Assembly (NCBI GenBank): GCA_016182185.1
Contig: JACOXU010000001.1
Coordinates: 207,251 to 271,250, forward strand
Length of the DNA stretch: 64,000 nucleotides
From: Candidatus Levyibacteriota bacterium
GTDB taxonomy: Bacteria > Patescibacteriota > Microgenomatia > Levybacterales > UBA12049
Direction of reading: 5' to 3'
Each line of letters begins with the position of its first letter. Position 1 is the stretch's first letter. The position numbers and the translations under genes were made by a program. The notes below the pieces were generated by a model, which ran no database searches, had not been told where the DNA came from, and was given only the letters and a program-made list of their open reading frames with translations. Positions 18,929-27,556 of this stretch are shown in pieces.

Positions 18929-19866
18929 CTTATCTTTAATTTATATAAAAAAAATATTGCAACGTATACAACTATGGTAAGAAAAGAAACTATTGGGTGC
19001 CAAAACCAGATCGGATTCTTACTCTTATTATACATTTTTATTGCCTCAATTAAGGGAGCGACAATTGAAAGATTATAAAGTACTGCCAAAAAAAAGTCTA
19101 TCTTCGAAGTTTTATCTACCCATGTTTCCTGACCTCTGTTCTTTCTTGCCATAAATTTTTTGCCAATTTTAATTCTTTTTTTGACATAGCCCCCTAGAGA
19201 AGAAACGTAATGATGATAGATGCCGATATTCTTAGGCACTGCATAGCGAACGAGCCCCCCGCTTACAAGTTTTGACACAAAATTAACTTCTTCAAATCTA
19301 TCGCCAAATCCTATTCTATCGATAAAATTTTTTCTATATAAAAATCCGTTTGCACCTATAACCGGTGCTTCTCCTATCTTAAGTTCATAGATTAGATAAT
19401 CTTTCTTTTCAATTATATTTGCTCTTGGATGAAGTTTTCTCGCTAATGGATCGGCAATCCTCAGAAGAGCAAAATATTGATTAAGAGAAGAGTCGTTTTT
19501 CCGAACTAGCCACGGTGACTCTACGCCAAAAACTCTTCTGTCTTCTTTTAACGGTTTTAGCATCTGCGTCAGCCATATTTTTTCAACCAACTCGTTATCA
19601 GCATCGATAAGCGCAATTATTTCTCCTTTTGCATTTTTTATACCTATCGCTTTTCCTCTTTCAGCATCACGAAGTTGGTTCTTAAGAATCTTAGTTCCCC
19701 ATTTTTTGGCAACCTTGATGGTATTATCAGTACTCCCCCCATCTATAACTAGAATTTCATACTTATTTTTTGGATAATCCTGTTTTCTAATACTCTTAAG
19801 ACACCTATCTAAAAACTTCTGTGCATTGTATGTTGGAATGATAATTGAAACAAAATATTTTCTCAC
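18925..19866 (-). CDS. GT2-family glycosyltransferase with C-terminal TM helices
   Basis: VSIIIPTYNAQKFL...ILVIDGGSTDNT...IDADN. Confidence 0.8.
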   Translation of the reverse strand: MRKYFVSIIIPTYNAQKFLDRCLKSIRKQDYPKNKYEILVIDGGSTDNTIKVAKKWGTKILKNQLRDAERGKAIGIKNAKGEIIALIDADNELVEKIWLTQMLKPLKEDRRVFGVESPWLVRKNDSSLNQYFALLRIADPLARKLHPRANIIEKKDYLIYELKIGEAPVIGANGFLYRKNFIDRIGFGDRFEEVNFVSKLVSGGLVRYAVPKNIGIYHHYVSSLGGYVKKRIKIGKKFMARKNRGQETWVDKTSKIDFFLAVLYNLSIVAPLIEAIKMYNKSKNPIWFWHPIVSFLTIVVYVAIFFLYKLKIR

Positions 19867-19878
19867 TCTAGAAAAAAT

Positions 19879-20871
19879 TTATTCATCATCAAATAAATTC
19901 GTATTAAAATATTTATGATTTATTTTCAGATCCCTACTGATTAATAGATGTGAGAAATTCTTGTACAGCAATTTTGTAATCTCCAATGCGCTCGACGGTA
20001 TACAGTAAACTACTTTATATGGTATACTTTCCAATCCTTTATTCAAAGCTAAACATTCCTGATAATATTTATGAATATTTCTTGTACTACCCGAGTAAAT
20101 TTTATAATTTATTAATTCGGCCACGGAAACATGTCTTGTGTATTTACGTCCGATAATTTTATATGATTTTTCGAGAGCATCCTGATTAGAAGTATGTTCA
20201 TTATATACTAACGTAGCCAATTGCATGTGTTCAGTTTTTACTAAAACAGTGATCTTATTAGGCAAAAAATTGAATTTCTTCTTGATAAGAATTTTAAGCA
20301 GTGGGGCAATAAAAGGAGTAATTAGATCAACATCACGACAGAGATATGGATTAAAATAATCATTTCTATATAAAATGCCTGAATAAGACGTAATGTGCAA
20401 TATAACTCCTTTATCAACTTCTTCTAAACCCTGCACTTGTTCTAAGTATTTATGATCATGAATTGTTATTCTTGTAAATCGAGGAGGCTTGCTTATAAAT
20501 TCTACATACCCCCCTCTTACAACATGTACGTCTTTATCCTTCTTGATTAAAGTAAGTAAATCCCTCAAAACACCACTGTAAGCCAGGATGTCATCATCTC
20601 CCAACAGGAATGAATACTTAAAGCCTCTGATTTTGACATAGTTTGTAGCAAGCCTAAAATTTTTTGCAAAACCGATATTCCTTCTGTGTCTTACGTATGT
20701 AATCTTTGAATTTTTTGGAAAATACTCAGAAACAGGTTTTTTTGAAGCATTATCAAAAACAAATATGTGGAATGGGGCATGTTTTTGCATGAGCACAGAT
20801 TTTAAAGCTAGTCCAAATTCCTCAAACCTGTTATGGGTTAGAATAATTACAGCAATTTTGTTATGATTCAT
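19879..20871 (-). CDS. GT2-like glycosyltransferase
   Basis: IAVIILTHNR...FVFDNAS...LLGDDD (GT-A fold DxD). Confidence 0.55.
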   Translation of the reverse strand: MNHNKIAVIILTHNRFEEFGLALKSVLMQKHAPFHIFVFDNASKKPVSEYFPKNSKITYVRHRRNIGFAKNFRLATNYVKIRGFKYSFLLGDDDILAYSGVLRDLLTLIKKDKDVHVVRGGYVEFISKPPRFTRITIHDHKYLEQVQGLEEVDKGVILHITSYSGILYRNDYFNPYLCRDVDLITPFIAPLLKILIKKKFNFLPNKITVLVKTEHMQLATLVYNEHTSNQDALEKSYKIIGRKYTRHVSVAELINYKIYSGSTRNIHKYYQECLALNKGLESIPYKVVYCIPSSALEITKLLYKNFSHLLISRDLKINHKYFNTNLFDDE

Positions 20872-20895
20872 TGGTAATGGCTTATTTAGGATCCG

Positions 20896-21756
20896 CTAAG
20901 GTAAGGTAGCTAAATATCTTATCAATGCAGTTCTCCATGGAGGCAAAACAACACCCAAAGATTTTGCGCTTGTATTCTTAAGAGAGGACACTACGGGAAT
21001 TCTTATACCTTTAAAAACTCCTTTTCTGTCTACAGGAACAATTTCTAAATTAAGCCTTCTTAATTTAACAATTTCCTGTGCAATTTTTACCCAAGAGCAA
21101 TAACCGGTGTTTACCAAATGATAAATTCCTGAACTTGCTTTTTTTTCCAATAATTCTAGTACTCCGCTTGCCAAGTCTTCTGCGTACGCTACGCTTACAA
21201 TTTGCTCCGATGAGATCTCCAAAGTTTTTTTGTTTTTCGCCTCATTTAATATATACAGTATGAAATTTCCTTTTTTAGCTCTACTTCCTCTCTGTCCTCC
21301 AAAAACTCCGCATGTTCTTATTATAATCGTATCCGAATTATAATTAATTGAAGCGATTTCTCCTGCAAATTTTGATAGTCCATAAATTTGCAAAGGGTTT
21401 GGTATATCTTTTTCAACATACGGACCCTCCTTGTCCCCATCGAAAACCCAACTCGTACTAAAATGAACAAATTTTATTTTTTTTTGACTGCATAAATCTC
21501 CTATGTTTCTTACAGCCAAGGTATTAATATTAAAGGCTTTTTGAGGATACCTCTCGCAATTTAATACTACATGATATGCGGCAGTATTAATAACAATTTC
21601 CGGTCTGACTCTATCGATCTTTTTTTTTAGTCTATCAAAATTAGTAATATCTAATTCTTGTTTACTAAAAGCGTGTATTTCATGTCCGTAAATATTAGAA
21701 ATGCGTTCAATTTGGGCGCCTATCTGACCATTTTTACCTAAAAGCAATATTCTCAT
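20896..21756 (-). CDS. RmlD-family (dTDP-4-dehydrorhamnose reductase-like) nucleotide-sugar 4-reductase
   Basis: MRILLLGKNGQIGAQI...INTAAY...NINTLAVRNI...YGLSKFAGE (YxxxK) follows RmlD/RfbD. Its substrate may be a CDP-sugar, given its neighbours. Confidence 0.65.
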   Translation of the reverse strand: MRILLLGKNGQIGAQIERISNIYGHEIHAFSKQELDITNFDRLKKKIDRVRPEIVINTAAYHVVLNCERYPQKAFNINTLAVRNIGDLCSQKKIKFVHFSTSWVFDGDKEGPYVEKDIPNPLQIYGLSKFAGEIASINYNSDTIIIRTCGVFGGQRGSRAKKGNFILYILNEAKNKKTLEISSEQIVSVAYAEDLASGVLELLEKKASSGIYHLVNTGYCSWVKIAQEIVKLRRLNLEIVPVDRKGVFKGIRIPVVSSLKNTSAKSLGVVLPPWRTALIRYLATLP

Positions 21757-21762
21757 TTTTTT

Positions 21763-22212
21763 TCATTTCATGACAATATCCCAGGAATATGGGACTTTTT
21801 GACTTAATGGATCTATTCTAATTATCTCTTTCTCATTGTATGGATGCGTAGAGCAATTAATAAGTACTGCTGGTTTTACGCCGATCGTTTTATAACCATT
21901 AATTACTCCCGGGGGAATTTGTACTAGGCAGTAATTATCTTCTCCAACAAATATTTCCTGAAGTCTCTTGTATGTTTTTGAATTCTTCCTATCATCAAAT
22001 AGGACCAGCTTAATCATTCCCTCCGCAACACAATAGTTTAGTGTCATTTTTTTGTGTTTATGCCAGCCTTTAATAATTCCCGGATAGCTTTTGGAAAAAT
22101 AGACTTCTCCAAAACGCTCGAACTCCCTATCGTCCTCTCTTAACATATGCATAATTGTGCCTCTTTCATCTGGGATTTTACTCAATTTTTTAATGTGGAC
22201 TCCGTCTATCAT
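21763..22212 (-). CDS. RmlC-like cupin sugar 3,5-(or 5-)epimerase
   Basis: DERGTIMHM..., KGWHKHKK (compare RGLHFQ) and a LNYCVAEGMIKLVLFDDR core; about 150 aa. Confidence 0.5.
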   Translation of the reverse strand: MIDGVHIKKLSKIPDERGTIMHMLREDDREFERFGEVYFSKSYPGIIKGWHKHKKMTLNYCVAEGMIKLVLFDDRKNSKTYKRLQEIFVGEDNYCLVQIPPGVINGYKTIGVKPAVLINCSTHPYNEKEIIRIDPLSQKVPYSWDIVMK

Positions 22213-23240
22213 ATCCAGTAAAGTTTTTTGTTTATTTTACGACTATCCAGTAAATATTTCAATTTTTTCATTCTGAAATAATCCGCGCTCTTAAGTTCCG
22301 CCGCAGTCAATTTGGTTTCCTTAAAAAATTTTATCAACTCACTAATACTCTTTTGCAAGTTCATCTTGAATCTGAATTTTGGAAATTTTGTGTTAAACTT
22401 GTAAAAATTCATTTTATAACTTCTTCTATCTCTGCTCTTCTTGTCGCCGAAAACTATTTTACATTCAGGCAATTGTCCATGTATCTCTTGAGCGATATTA
22501 ATAATTAAATAGTTTTGGCTATTTTCTCCTACCAGAAATACTTGATTGTGCACAAGCAACCTCTGACTCTCTATCATTAGCATAAAAACGCGGGATAAAT
22601 CTTTTACATGAATTACAGGACGCCAAGCTCTTCCATCGGATAGAAGAATTATCTTACGGTTAGCTATAGCACAGGCCACAAGATTATTAACCACAAGATC
22701 CAATCTTATGTTGGGAGAATAACCATGAACTGTCGGGTTACGCAGAATAATAGGAGAAAAATTTTCATTAGACAATTCCAGCAATGCTTTTTCTGTCTGA
22801 ACTTTGGTTTTTGCGTAACTGGTCAAAGGGTTGACTGAATCCTCCTCTGTTACCGAAGCTTTAAATTTATTTCCATAAACACTACAAGAAGAGGAAAATA
22901 TAAATCTCTTAACTCCTGTCTGCTTACTTAATTCTGCTAGTCGAACTGAAGCCGAAAAGTTTATTTCGCGAGTTAAGGCAGAATTTAGCTCAGCCATCGG
23001 ATCATTGGACAGAGCTGCTAGATGAACAACAGAGTCAACTCCTTCTAAATCCCTTTTCTCCAGTTTTCGAATATCTTTTTTGAGTCTTGGGTAGGAAAAC
23101 TTTTTCTTATTACTCACAAAATAGTCGGTGTCGCAACCGACAACAGAATATTTTTTGTGAACGAGCATAGGAACCAATACTGCTCCGATATAACCTTGAT
23201 CGCCGGTAACCAAAATTTTTTTCATAACTTTCTCTACCAA
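22209..23240 (-). CDS. NAD-dependent epimerase/dehydratase (SDR); candidate CDP-sugar dehydratase or reductase
   Basis: VTGDQGYIGAVL (GxxGxxG), SSSCSVYG, YAKTK (YxxxK). It lacks the GHTGFKG N-terminus of canonical CDP-glucose 4,6-dehydratase, so the exact reaction is unresolved. Confidence 0.6.
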   Translation of the reverse strand: MVEKVMKKILVTGDQGYIGAVLVPMLVHKKYSVVGCDTDYFVSNKKKFSYPRLKKDIRKLEKRDLEGVDSVVHLAALSNDPMAELNSALTREINFSASVRLAELSKQTGVKRFIFSSSCSVYGNKFKASVTEEDSVNPLTSYAKTKVQTEKALLELSNENFSPIILRNPTVHGYSPNIRLDLVVNNLVACAIANRKIILLSDGRAWRPVIHVKDLSRVFMLMIESQRLLVHNQVFLVGENSQNYLIINIAQEIHGQLPECKIVFGDKKSRDRRSYKMNFYKFNTKFPKFRFKMNLQKSISELIKFFKETKLTAAELKSADYFRMKKLKYLLDSRKINKKLYWI

Positions 23241-24025
23241 ATTTTCCAGACAGGATTATCCACCCATTGTTTGTTCAGCTCTTCTAAATCTTGATAAGTA
23301 TCTACAGCCGACCAATAACCGTTGTGGGCATAAACAGCCAATTGTCTTATCTTAACTAAACGCTCGAGTGCAATTTCTATTGTTTCTTCTGGTTTCACGT
23401 ATTTTAAAAAGGACTTTTTAAAAACCATAAAACCCCCATTAACATATTGATTAAGAAGAGGCTTTTGTACAAAATTTTTGATGATGCCATCCTTATCCGC
23501 TATCACTAAACCCCACTTTGATTTAGGATGTACACCTGTAATAGCGCCAACTGTTTTTTTTGATTTAAAATAAGATAACAATTTAAGTATGTTTATATTA
23601 CCTATACCATCTCCATAGGTTGCCATAAAAATGTCTGACTTGATATATTTTTTAACGCGGAGCAAACGTTCTCCAGTTAGGGTTTCAAGTCCTGTATTAA
23701 CAAAAGTAATTTTAAAATTTTCATGCTTTTCGACACTTCTTCGATAAATTATTTTCCTACCCGTTTTTACTTTAATAGTAAAATCATGAATAAGATACTC
23801 TTCATTTAGAAAGTAGCTTTTAATATAGTCTCCCTTATAGCCTAAAGCGATAATAAAATTATTAAATCCGTAATGAGAATAAATTTTCATGATATGCCAA
23901 AGAATCGGTTTCTCTCCGACAAGCACCATTGGTTTTGGACGAAATTCTGTTTCTTCTTTCATTCTAGTCCCTTGTCCGCCACAAAAAATAACAATAGGAA
24001 TATTCATGATTAACGAGTATAGCAT
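23234..24025 (-). CDS. rfbF: glucose-1-phosphate cytidylyltransferase
   Basis: IVIFCGGQGTRM...RPKPMVLVGEKPILWHIMKIYSHYGFNNFIIALGYKGDYIKSYF...GGFMVF...W.AVDT and a C-terminal PVWKIW match RfbF/DdhA closely. It is the first gene of the leftward operon. Confidence 0.8.
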   Translation of the reverse strand: MLYSLIMNIPIVIFCGGQGTRMKEETEFRPKPMVLVGEKPILWHIMKIYSHYGFNNFIIALGYKGDYIKSYFLNEEYLIHDFTIKVKTGRKIIYRRSVEKHENFKITFVNTGLETLTGERLLRVKKYIKSDIFMATYGDGIGNINILKLLSYFKSKKTVGAITGVHPKSKWGLVIADKDGIIKNFVQKPLLNQYVNGGFMVFKKSFLKYVKPEETIEIALERLVKIRQLAVYAHNGYWSAVDTYQDLEELNKQWVDNPVWKIW

Positions 24026-24030
24026 AGCTA

Positions 24031-24060
24031 ATTCTACCTTGTCGAATATTTTAATTTCAA
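24031..24060 (-). promoter_or_regulatory. sigma70-like promoter of the 24-kb leftward operon; leaderless
   Basis: On the minus strand: TTGAAA (24060-24055), an 18-nt spacer, TAGAAT (24036-24031), then 5 nt to the ATG at 24025. Confidence 0.4.
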
Positions 24061-24067
24061 GTATAAT
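24039..24067 (+). promoter_or_regulatory. sigma70-like promoter; near-leaderless transcript for 24076..25290
   Basis: TTGTCG (24039-44), a 17-nt spacer, TATAAT (24062-67); the ATG is 8 nt downstream. It overlaps the leftward promoter face-to-face. Confidence 0.45.
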
Positions 24068-24075
24068 CCTGAATA

Positions 24076-25290
24076 ATGATTAGCAGTCCAAAAAAAATAA
24101 GAATCCCATATGCTTTGGCTGTATATGATGAGAAAGAAAAAAAACGAATTATAAAAGTTTTAGACGAACACAGAACCAATCTTGGGAGTGAAACTATTTC
24201 GTTTGAGAAAAGTGTGGCAAGACTTTTTGGTAAAAAATTTGGGGTAATGGTAAATTCCGGATCTTCGGCAAATTATCTCGCAGTTGAGTTACTTCAGCTT
24301 CCTCCCGGATCAGAAGTGATCACTCCTCTTTTGACTTTCTCAACAACGGTTGCACCACTTATTCAGCACCGCCTTATTCCAGTTTTTGCAGACGTTGAAC
24401 CAGGTAAATATACGATTGACATAAATCAAATCGAAAAACTCATCTCAAAAAAAACAAAAGCTTTAATGATTCCGCTACTTTTAGGTAATGTGCCAGACAT
24501 GCATGAACTCGCAGGTCTTGCCAAAAAATACAAACTACGATTTATTGAGGACTCATGTGATACATTGGGTGCAAGGTTTAACAAAAAACCTACCGGAAGT
24601 TTTTCCGATATTTCTACTACTAGCTTTTTTGGGTCACATATTATAACTACCGGAGGGAATGGAGGCATGATCTTGATGAATAAATCTAAATGGAAAGACA
24701 GAGCGAAAGTTTTAAGAGGTTGGGGAAGAAGTTCTTCCCTTTTTAGTGAGTCAGAGCAAATTTCAAAACGTTTCAAAACAAAGATAGGTGATATTCCATA
24801 TGATGCTAAATTTATATTTGAAGAGATTGGATATAATTTCCTTCCTTCGGAAATTGGCTCCGCCTTTGGTAACGAGCAGCTTAAAAAACTTCCGACATTC
24901 AGAAGAAAAAGGAGAATACATTTTGCAAGATTACGGAAATTTTTTAAAAAGTATGAAGAATTTTTTATCCTTCCCATACAAAACCCCTCTGCGGAAACTC
25001 AATGGCTCGCTTTCCCGCTGACGATTAGGAAAGAGTCTCCTTTTTCCAGAATGGAAATTACTACATATCTTGAAAAAAATAATGTTCAAACTCGTCCAAT
25101 TTTTACGGGGAGCGTTCTTAGGCAACCTGGCTTTAGAAACATAGTTCATCGCTCTGTTAATAATGGGGCTCCAGTGACTCGCGAAGTTATGGAACGAGGT
25201 TTTCTAATAGGTTGTCATCATGGACTTGAAGAAAAACATATAGAAAAGCTGAAGGAACTTTTCAGGAGATTTTTAAAACGGTACGCTTAA
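24076..25290 (+). CDS. DegT-family PLP/PMP enzyme, second E1-like sugar 3-dehydrase paralog
   Basis: VNSGSSANYLA; the active-site segment SFFGSHIITTGGNGG has His in place of Lys, as in 14173..15384. Confidence 0.6.
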   Translation: MISSPKKIRIPYALAVYDEKEKKRIIKVLDEHRTNLGSETISFEKSVARLFGKKFGVMVNSGSSANYLAVELLQLPPGSEVITPLLTFSTTVAPLIQHRLIPVFADVEPGKYTIDINQIEKLISKKTKALMIPLLLGNVPDMHELAGLAKKYKLRFIEDSCDTLGARFNKKPTGSFSDISTTSFFGSHIITTGGNGGMILMNKSKWKDRAKVLRGWGRSSSLFSESEQISKRFKTKIGDIPYDAKFIFEEIGYNFLPSEIGSAFGNEQLKKLPTFRRKRRIHFARLRKFFKKYEEFFILPIQNPSAETQWLAFPLTIRKESPFSRMEITTYLEKNNVQTRPIFTGSVLRQPGFRNIVHRSVNNGAPVTREVMERGFLIGCHHGLEEKHIEKLKELFRRFLKRYA

Positions 25291-26750
25291 ATTTTAATCA
25301 ACTTTTTAATTTTATAAATACGAACATCTCCAAACTTAGCGGCCATCATATAGTTTTCATCGAGGAATTCATAAAACGGCCAGTCATTAAGAGAAGGTAC
25401 CTGCGGATAATCGACGTGATTTAATTTACTATCGATAACAAATTTAGGAGGATCCATTTCAATTTCTCGGGCGCTTTTGTCGTAAGGTTTAAGAAGCCAT
25501 GGAATAGGCCACAAATACTTATTCGCTGGAAGGCGCTGACTTAAAAAAAGTATATAGTGATTTCCAAGATTCATAATCTTTTCGTCTTTAACCGTATTCT
25601 TCTTAAGCCACACCACAGCTTTCAAATCGTCTTTATTATAATCTACAATATTGTATGGTTTTCCTGGAAAAGATTGGATGTACTCAAAAAGGTTTTGTAC
25701 GTAAGGAATTGAAACAAGTGTGAAAACGATCAGAATAATAAATGACGTTTTAGAAAAAAGGCCGAAGTTTTTGTCGGAGAATTTTGATGACATTGAAATG
25801 AGCTTTGCGAATAAAAATCCGTATCCGACTGAAGAAATGACAAAAAGACCGCGCAAACGATTGATATAAAAGCTCGGTAAAAGTCCAAAAAGAAGCCCGA
25901 ACGCAAACAAGACTAACACAATTACGGCTTCTCTTTCAAATGATGATAAATATTTTTTCTTGTAGATGAAAAGTAAAGGAAAAACAAAAGATGTAAAAAT
26001 AAAAGCGACTTTTAGTCCTTCAGAAGCTGATGCTACGGGCGCATCTTTTGCATATGTTGTTAGATTAAATAAAATGTTCCAGTAAAAGAAATCGATGAAT
26101 GCATTCTGTAAAAAAAAATATAGTGAAATAATCCCTATTACAGAACTGAGTCCTAGAGAAAACCACCAAATTTCTATATTTAATGCCCATCTCTCTTCCC
26201 TGATTTTTTTTACGAAAAGATATATAAATATAACAGGAGCAAGAACAGCAACAACTTGTTTTGTCATAATAGCGGCGCCTATAGATGCGCCGCTTAAAAA
26301 AATGTATTTATCTTTATTTGTTTTTATATACCGCACGAAAAGATACAAGGAGATTGAAGAGAAAAACGCAACAGTTACTTCTTCAAGCTGTGAGTCGGAA
26401 AAGAAAGGAAGGTAGAAAATCGTAAAAAACAAAACGGCAAAAAATCCCGATTTCTGTGAAAGATAGCTTCCGCTTTTGTAGACAAAAAAAAGAGTTAATA
26501 AAACGGTTAATAAAAAATACAGTCTGTAGGCAAAGAATGTATAACCGAAAGTCGTATAGAATCCAGTTAATATAAACTGCATAAGTGGAGTATGGTGATA
26601 AACAATATCTCTATATAAAACGAGGCCATTTTTAATAAGATATGGGACAGTTATATGAATAAGTTGTATGGGTAAGGAAAGTCCCAGATAGACGTAGGCA
26701 AAAAATGAACAAAGAAGAACAAACGCTACTACCAAAAGGATGTGTCGCAT
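25287..26750 (-). CDS. polytopic membrane protein, putative GT-C glycosyltransferase (487 aa)
   Basis: At least 11 TM helices with a conserved early loop (LYRDIVYHHTPL). It is convergent with, and overlaps, the plus-strand gene at TTAA. Confidence 0.4.
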   Translation of the reverse strand: MRHILLVVAFVLLCSFFAYVYLGLSLPIQLIHITVPYLIKNGLVLYRDIVYHHTPLMQFILTGFYTTFGYTFFAYRLYFLLTVLLTLFFVYKSGSYLSQKSGFFAVLFFTIFYLPFFSDSQLEEVTVAFFSSISLYLFVRYIKTNKDKYIFLSGASIGAAIMTKQVVAVLAPVIFIYLFVKKIREERWALNIEIWWFSLGLSSVIGIISLYFFLQNAFIDFFYWNILFNLTTYAKDAPVASASEGLKVAFIFTSFVFPLLFIYKKKYLSSFEREAVIVLVLFAFGLLFGLLPSFYINRLRGLFVISSVGYGFLFAKLISMSSKFSDKNFGLFSKTSFIILIVFTLVSIPYVQNLFEYIQSFPGKPYNIVDYNKDDLKAVVWLKKNTVKDEKIMNLGNHYILFLSQRLPANKYLWPIPWLLKPYDKSAREIEMDPPKFVIDSKLNHVDYPQVPSLNDWPFYEFLDENYMMAAKFGDVRIYKIKKLIKI

Positions 26751-27470
26751 TTAAAAATATCCTAAAGCCCGAAGTCTTTTCATGATTACTTCTCTATCCT
26801 TTGCTCGTCCAGACCTTTCATCTCCCCCAGACTTTGCTGGTTTTGTAAATTCTTTCTCGCCCAGAGACCTGTACCCCAAATCGTATAATGAGATGTAGGG
26901 AACATTTTTACTATGAATGTACTCCCATATATCTTCTTCTGTCCAATGAAGAAGCGGGTGAATCCGGATATGATCTTCTCGCTTGGAAAAATATTTCTCA
27001 TCTATTCTTTCCTTATGCTCGTCCCATCGAATTCCAATAACAAGAGCGGGCAGTTTGTGTTCTTTTACCGCCTGTTTTAGAAGAATAATTTTCATCATAC
27101 TTGCAAAGGTTACCCTATCCCTTTTTGTTTTTTGTTTTTTATACTCGGATGCTAATTTTTTCGAGGGCTTTATAGTAATTAGGTTAAGATTCCACATTCT
27201 GTTTGTCCTTTCTATAAAATTGTAAACCTCCTCAAAATCTAATCCCGTATCCAGAAATAAAACAGGAAATTTTGCTTTTGCTCCAAACATTTCTCGAATT
27301 AAATGAAGTAGGACCGTGGAGTCCTTACCTCCTGTCCAGAATATTGCCATCTGCTCCCCATGCGCTTTAAACGCTTCATTTAATTTCTCTCTACTTTTAG
27401 CAATCTTTTTACTAAGAGAGGTGATTAATTTTTTTTTCATTTTTTTATTTTTATTTTTATTTAATTTCAT
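26751..27470 (-). CDS. CysD-like PP-loop ATP pyrophosphatase (PAPS reductase/sulfate adenylyltransferase subunit 2 family)
   Basis: WTGGKDSTVLLHL is the SGGKDS PP-loop. LFLDTGLDFEEVY matches the CysD HVDTGWKF region. The C-terminus ERSGRAKDREVIMKRLRALGYF resembles the E. coli CysD C-terminus (ERQGRVIDRD...KKRQGYF). Confidence 0.55.
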   Translation of the reverse strand: MKLNKNKNKKMKKKLITSLSKKIAKSREKLNEAFKAHGEQMAIFWTGGKDSTVLLHLIREMFGAKAKFPVLFLDTGLDFEEVYNFIERTNRMWNLNLITIKPSKKLASEYKKQKTKRDRVTFASMMKIILLKQAVKEHKLPALVIGIRWDEHKERIDEKYFSKREDHIRIHPLLHWTEEDIWEYIHSKNVPYISLYDLGYRSLGEKEFTKPAKSGGDERSGRAKDREVIMKRLRALGYF

Positions 27471-27487
27471 AAATCTTTAATCATATT

Positions 27488-27516
27488 AGTTTATCAGTGA
27501 AAACATATACTGTCAA
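27488..27516 (-). promoter_or_regulatory. candidate sigma70-like promoter for 26751..27470
   Basis: On the minus strand: TTGACA (27516-27511), a 17-nt spacer, TAAACT (27493-27488), then 17 nt to the ATG. It lies back-to-back with the plus-strand promoter. Confidence 0.3.
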
Positions 27517-27521
27517 CCTAA

Positions 27522-27550
27522 TTGACTTATGAAGAGTCCTTATTTATACT
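27522..27550 (+). promoter_or_regulatory. sigma70-like promoter; leaderless transcript for 27557..28252
   Basis: TTGACT (27522-27), a 17-nt spacer, TATACT (27545-50), then 6 nt to the ATG at 27557. Confidence 0.5.
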
Positions 27551-27556
27551 TCTGTA

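Noticed and set aside
24426-25149. Antisense ORFs (24426..24977, 24931..25149) nested inside the plus-strand DegT gene, and similar short nested ORFs throughout (for example 1728..2004, 6101..6382, 26095..26415, 48420..48737)
   Set aside because: They lie entirely within well-supported longer genes on the opposite strand and have low-complexity translations. These are typical spurious ORFs of AT-rich DNA.
27441-27470. (TTTTAT)x3 low-complexity repeat at the 5' end of the CysD-like gene, encoding NKNKNK
   Set aside because: The 6-nt unit preserves frame and is ordinary Lys/Asn-rich low complexity. It may simply mean the true start is the second ATG (27440).
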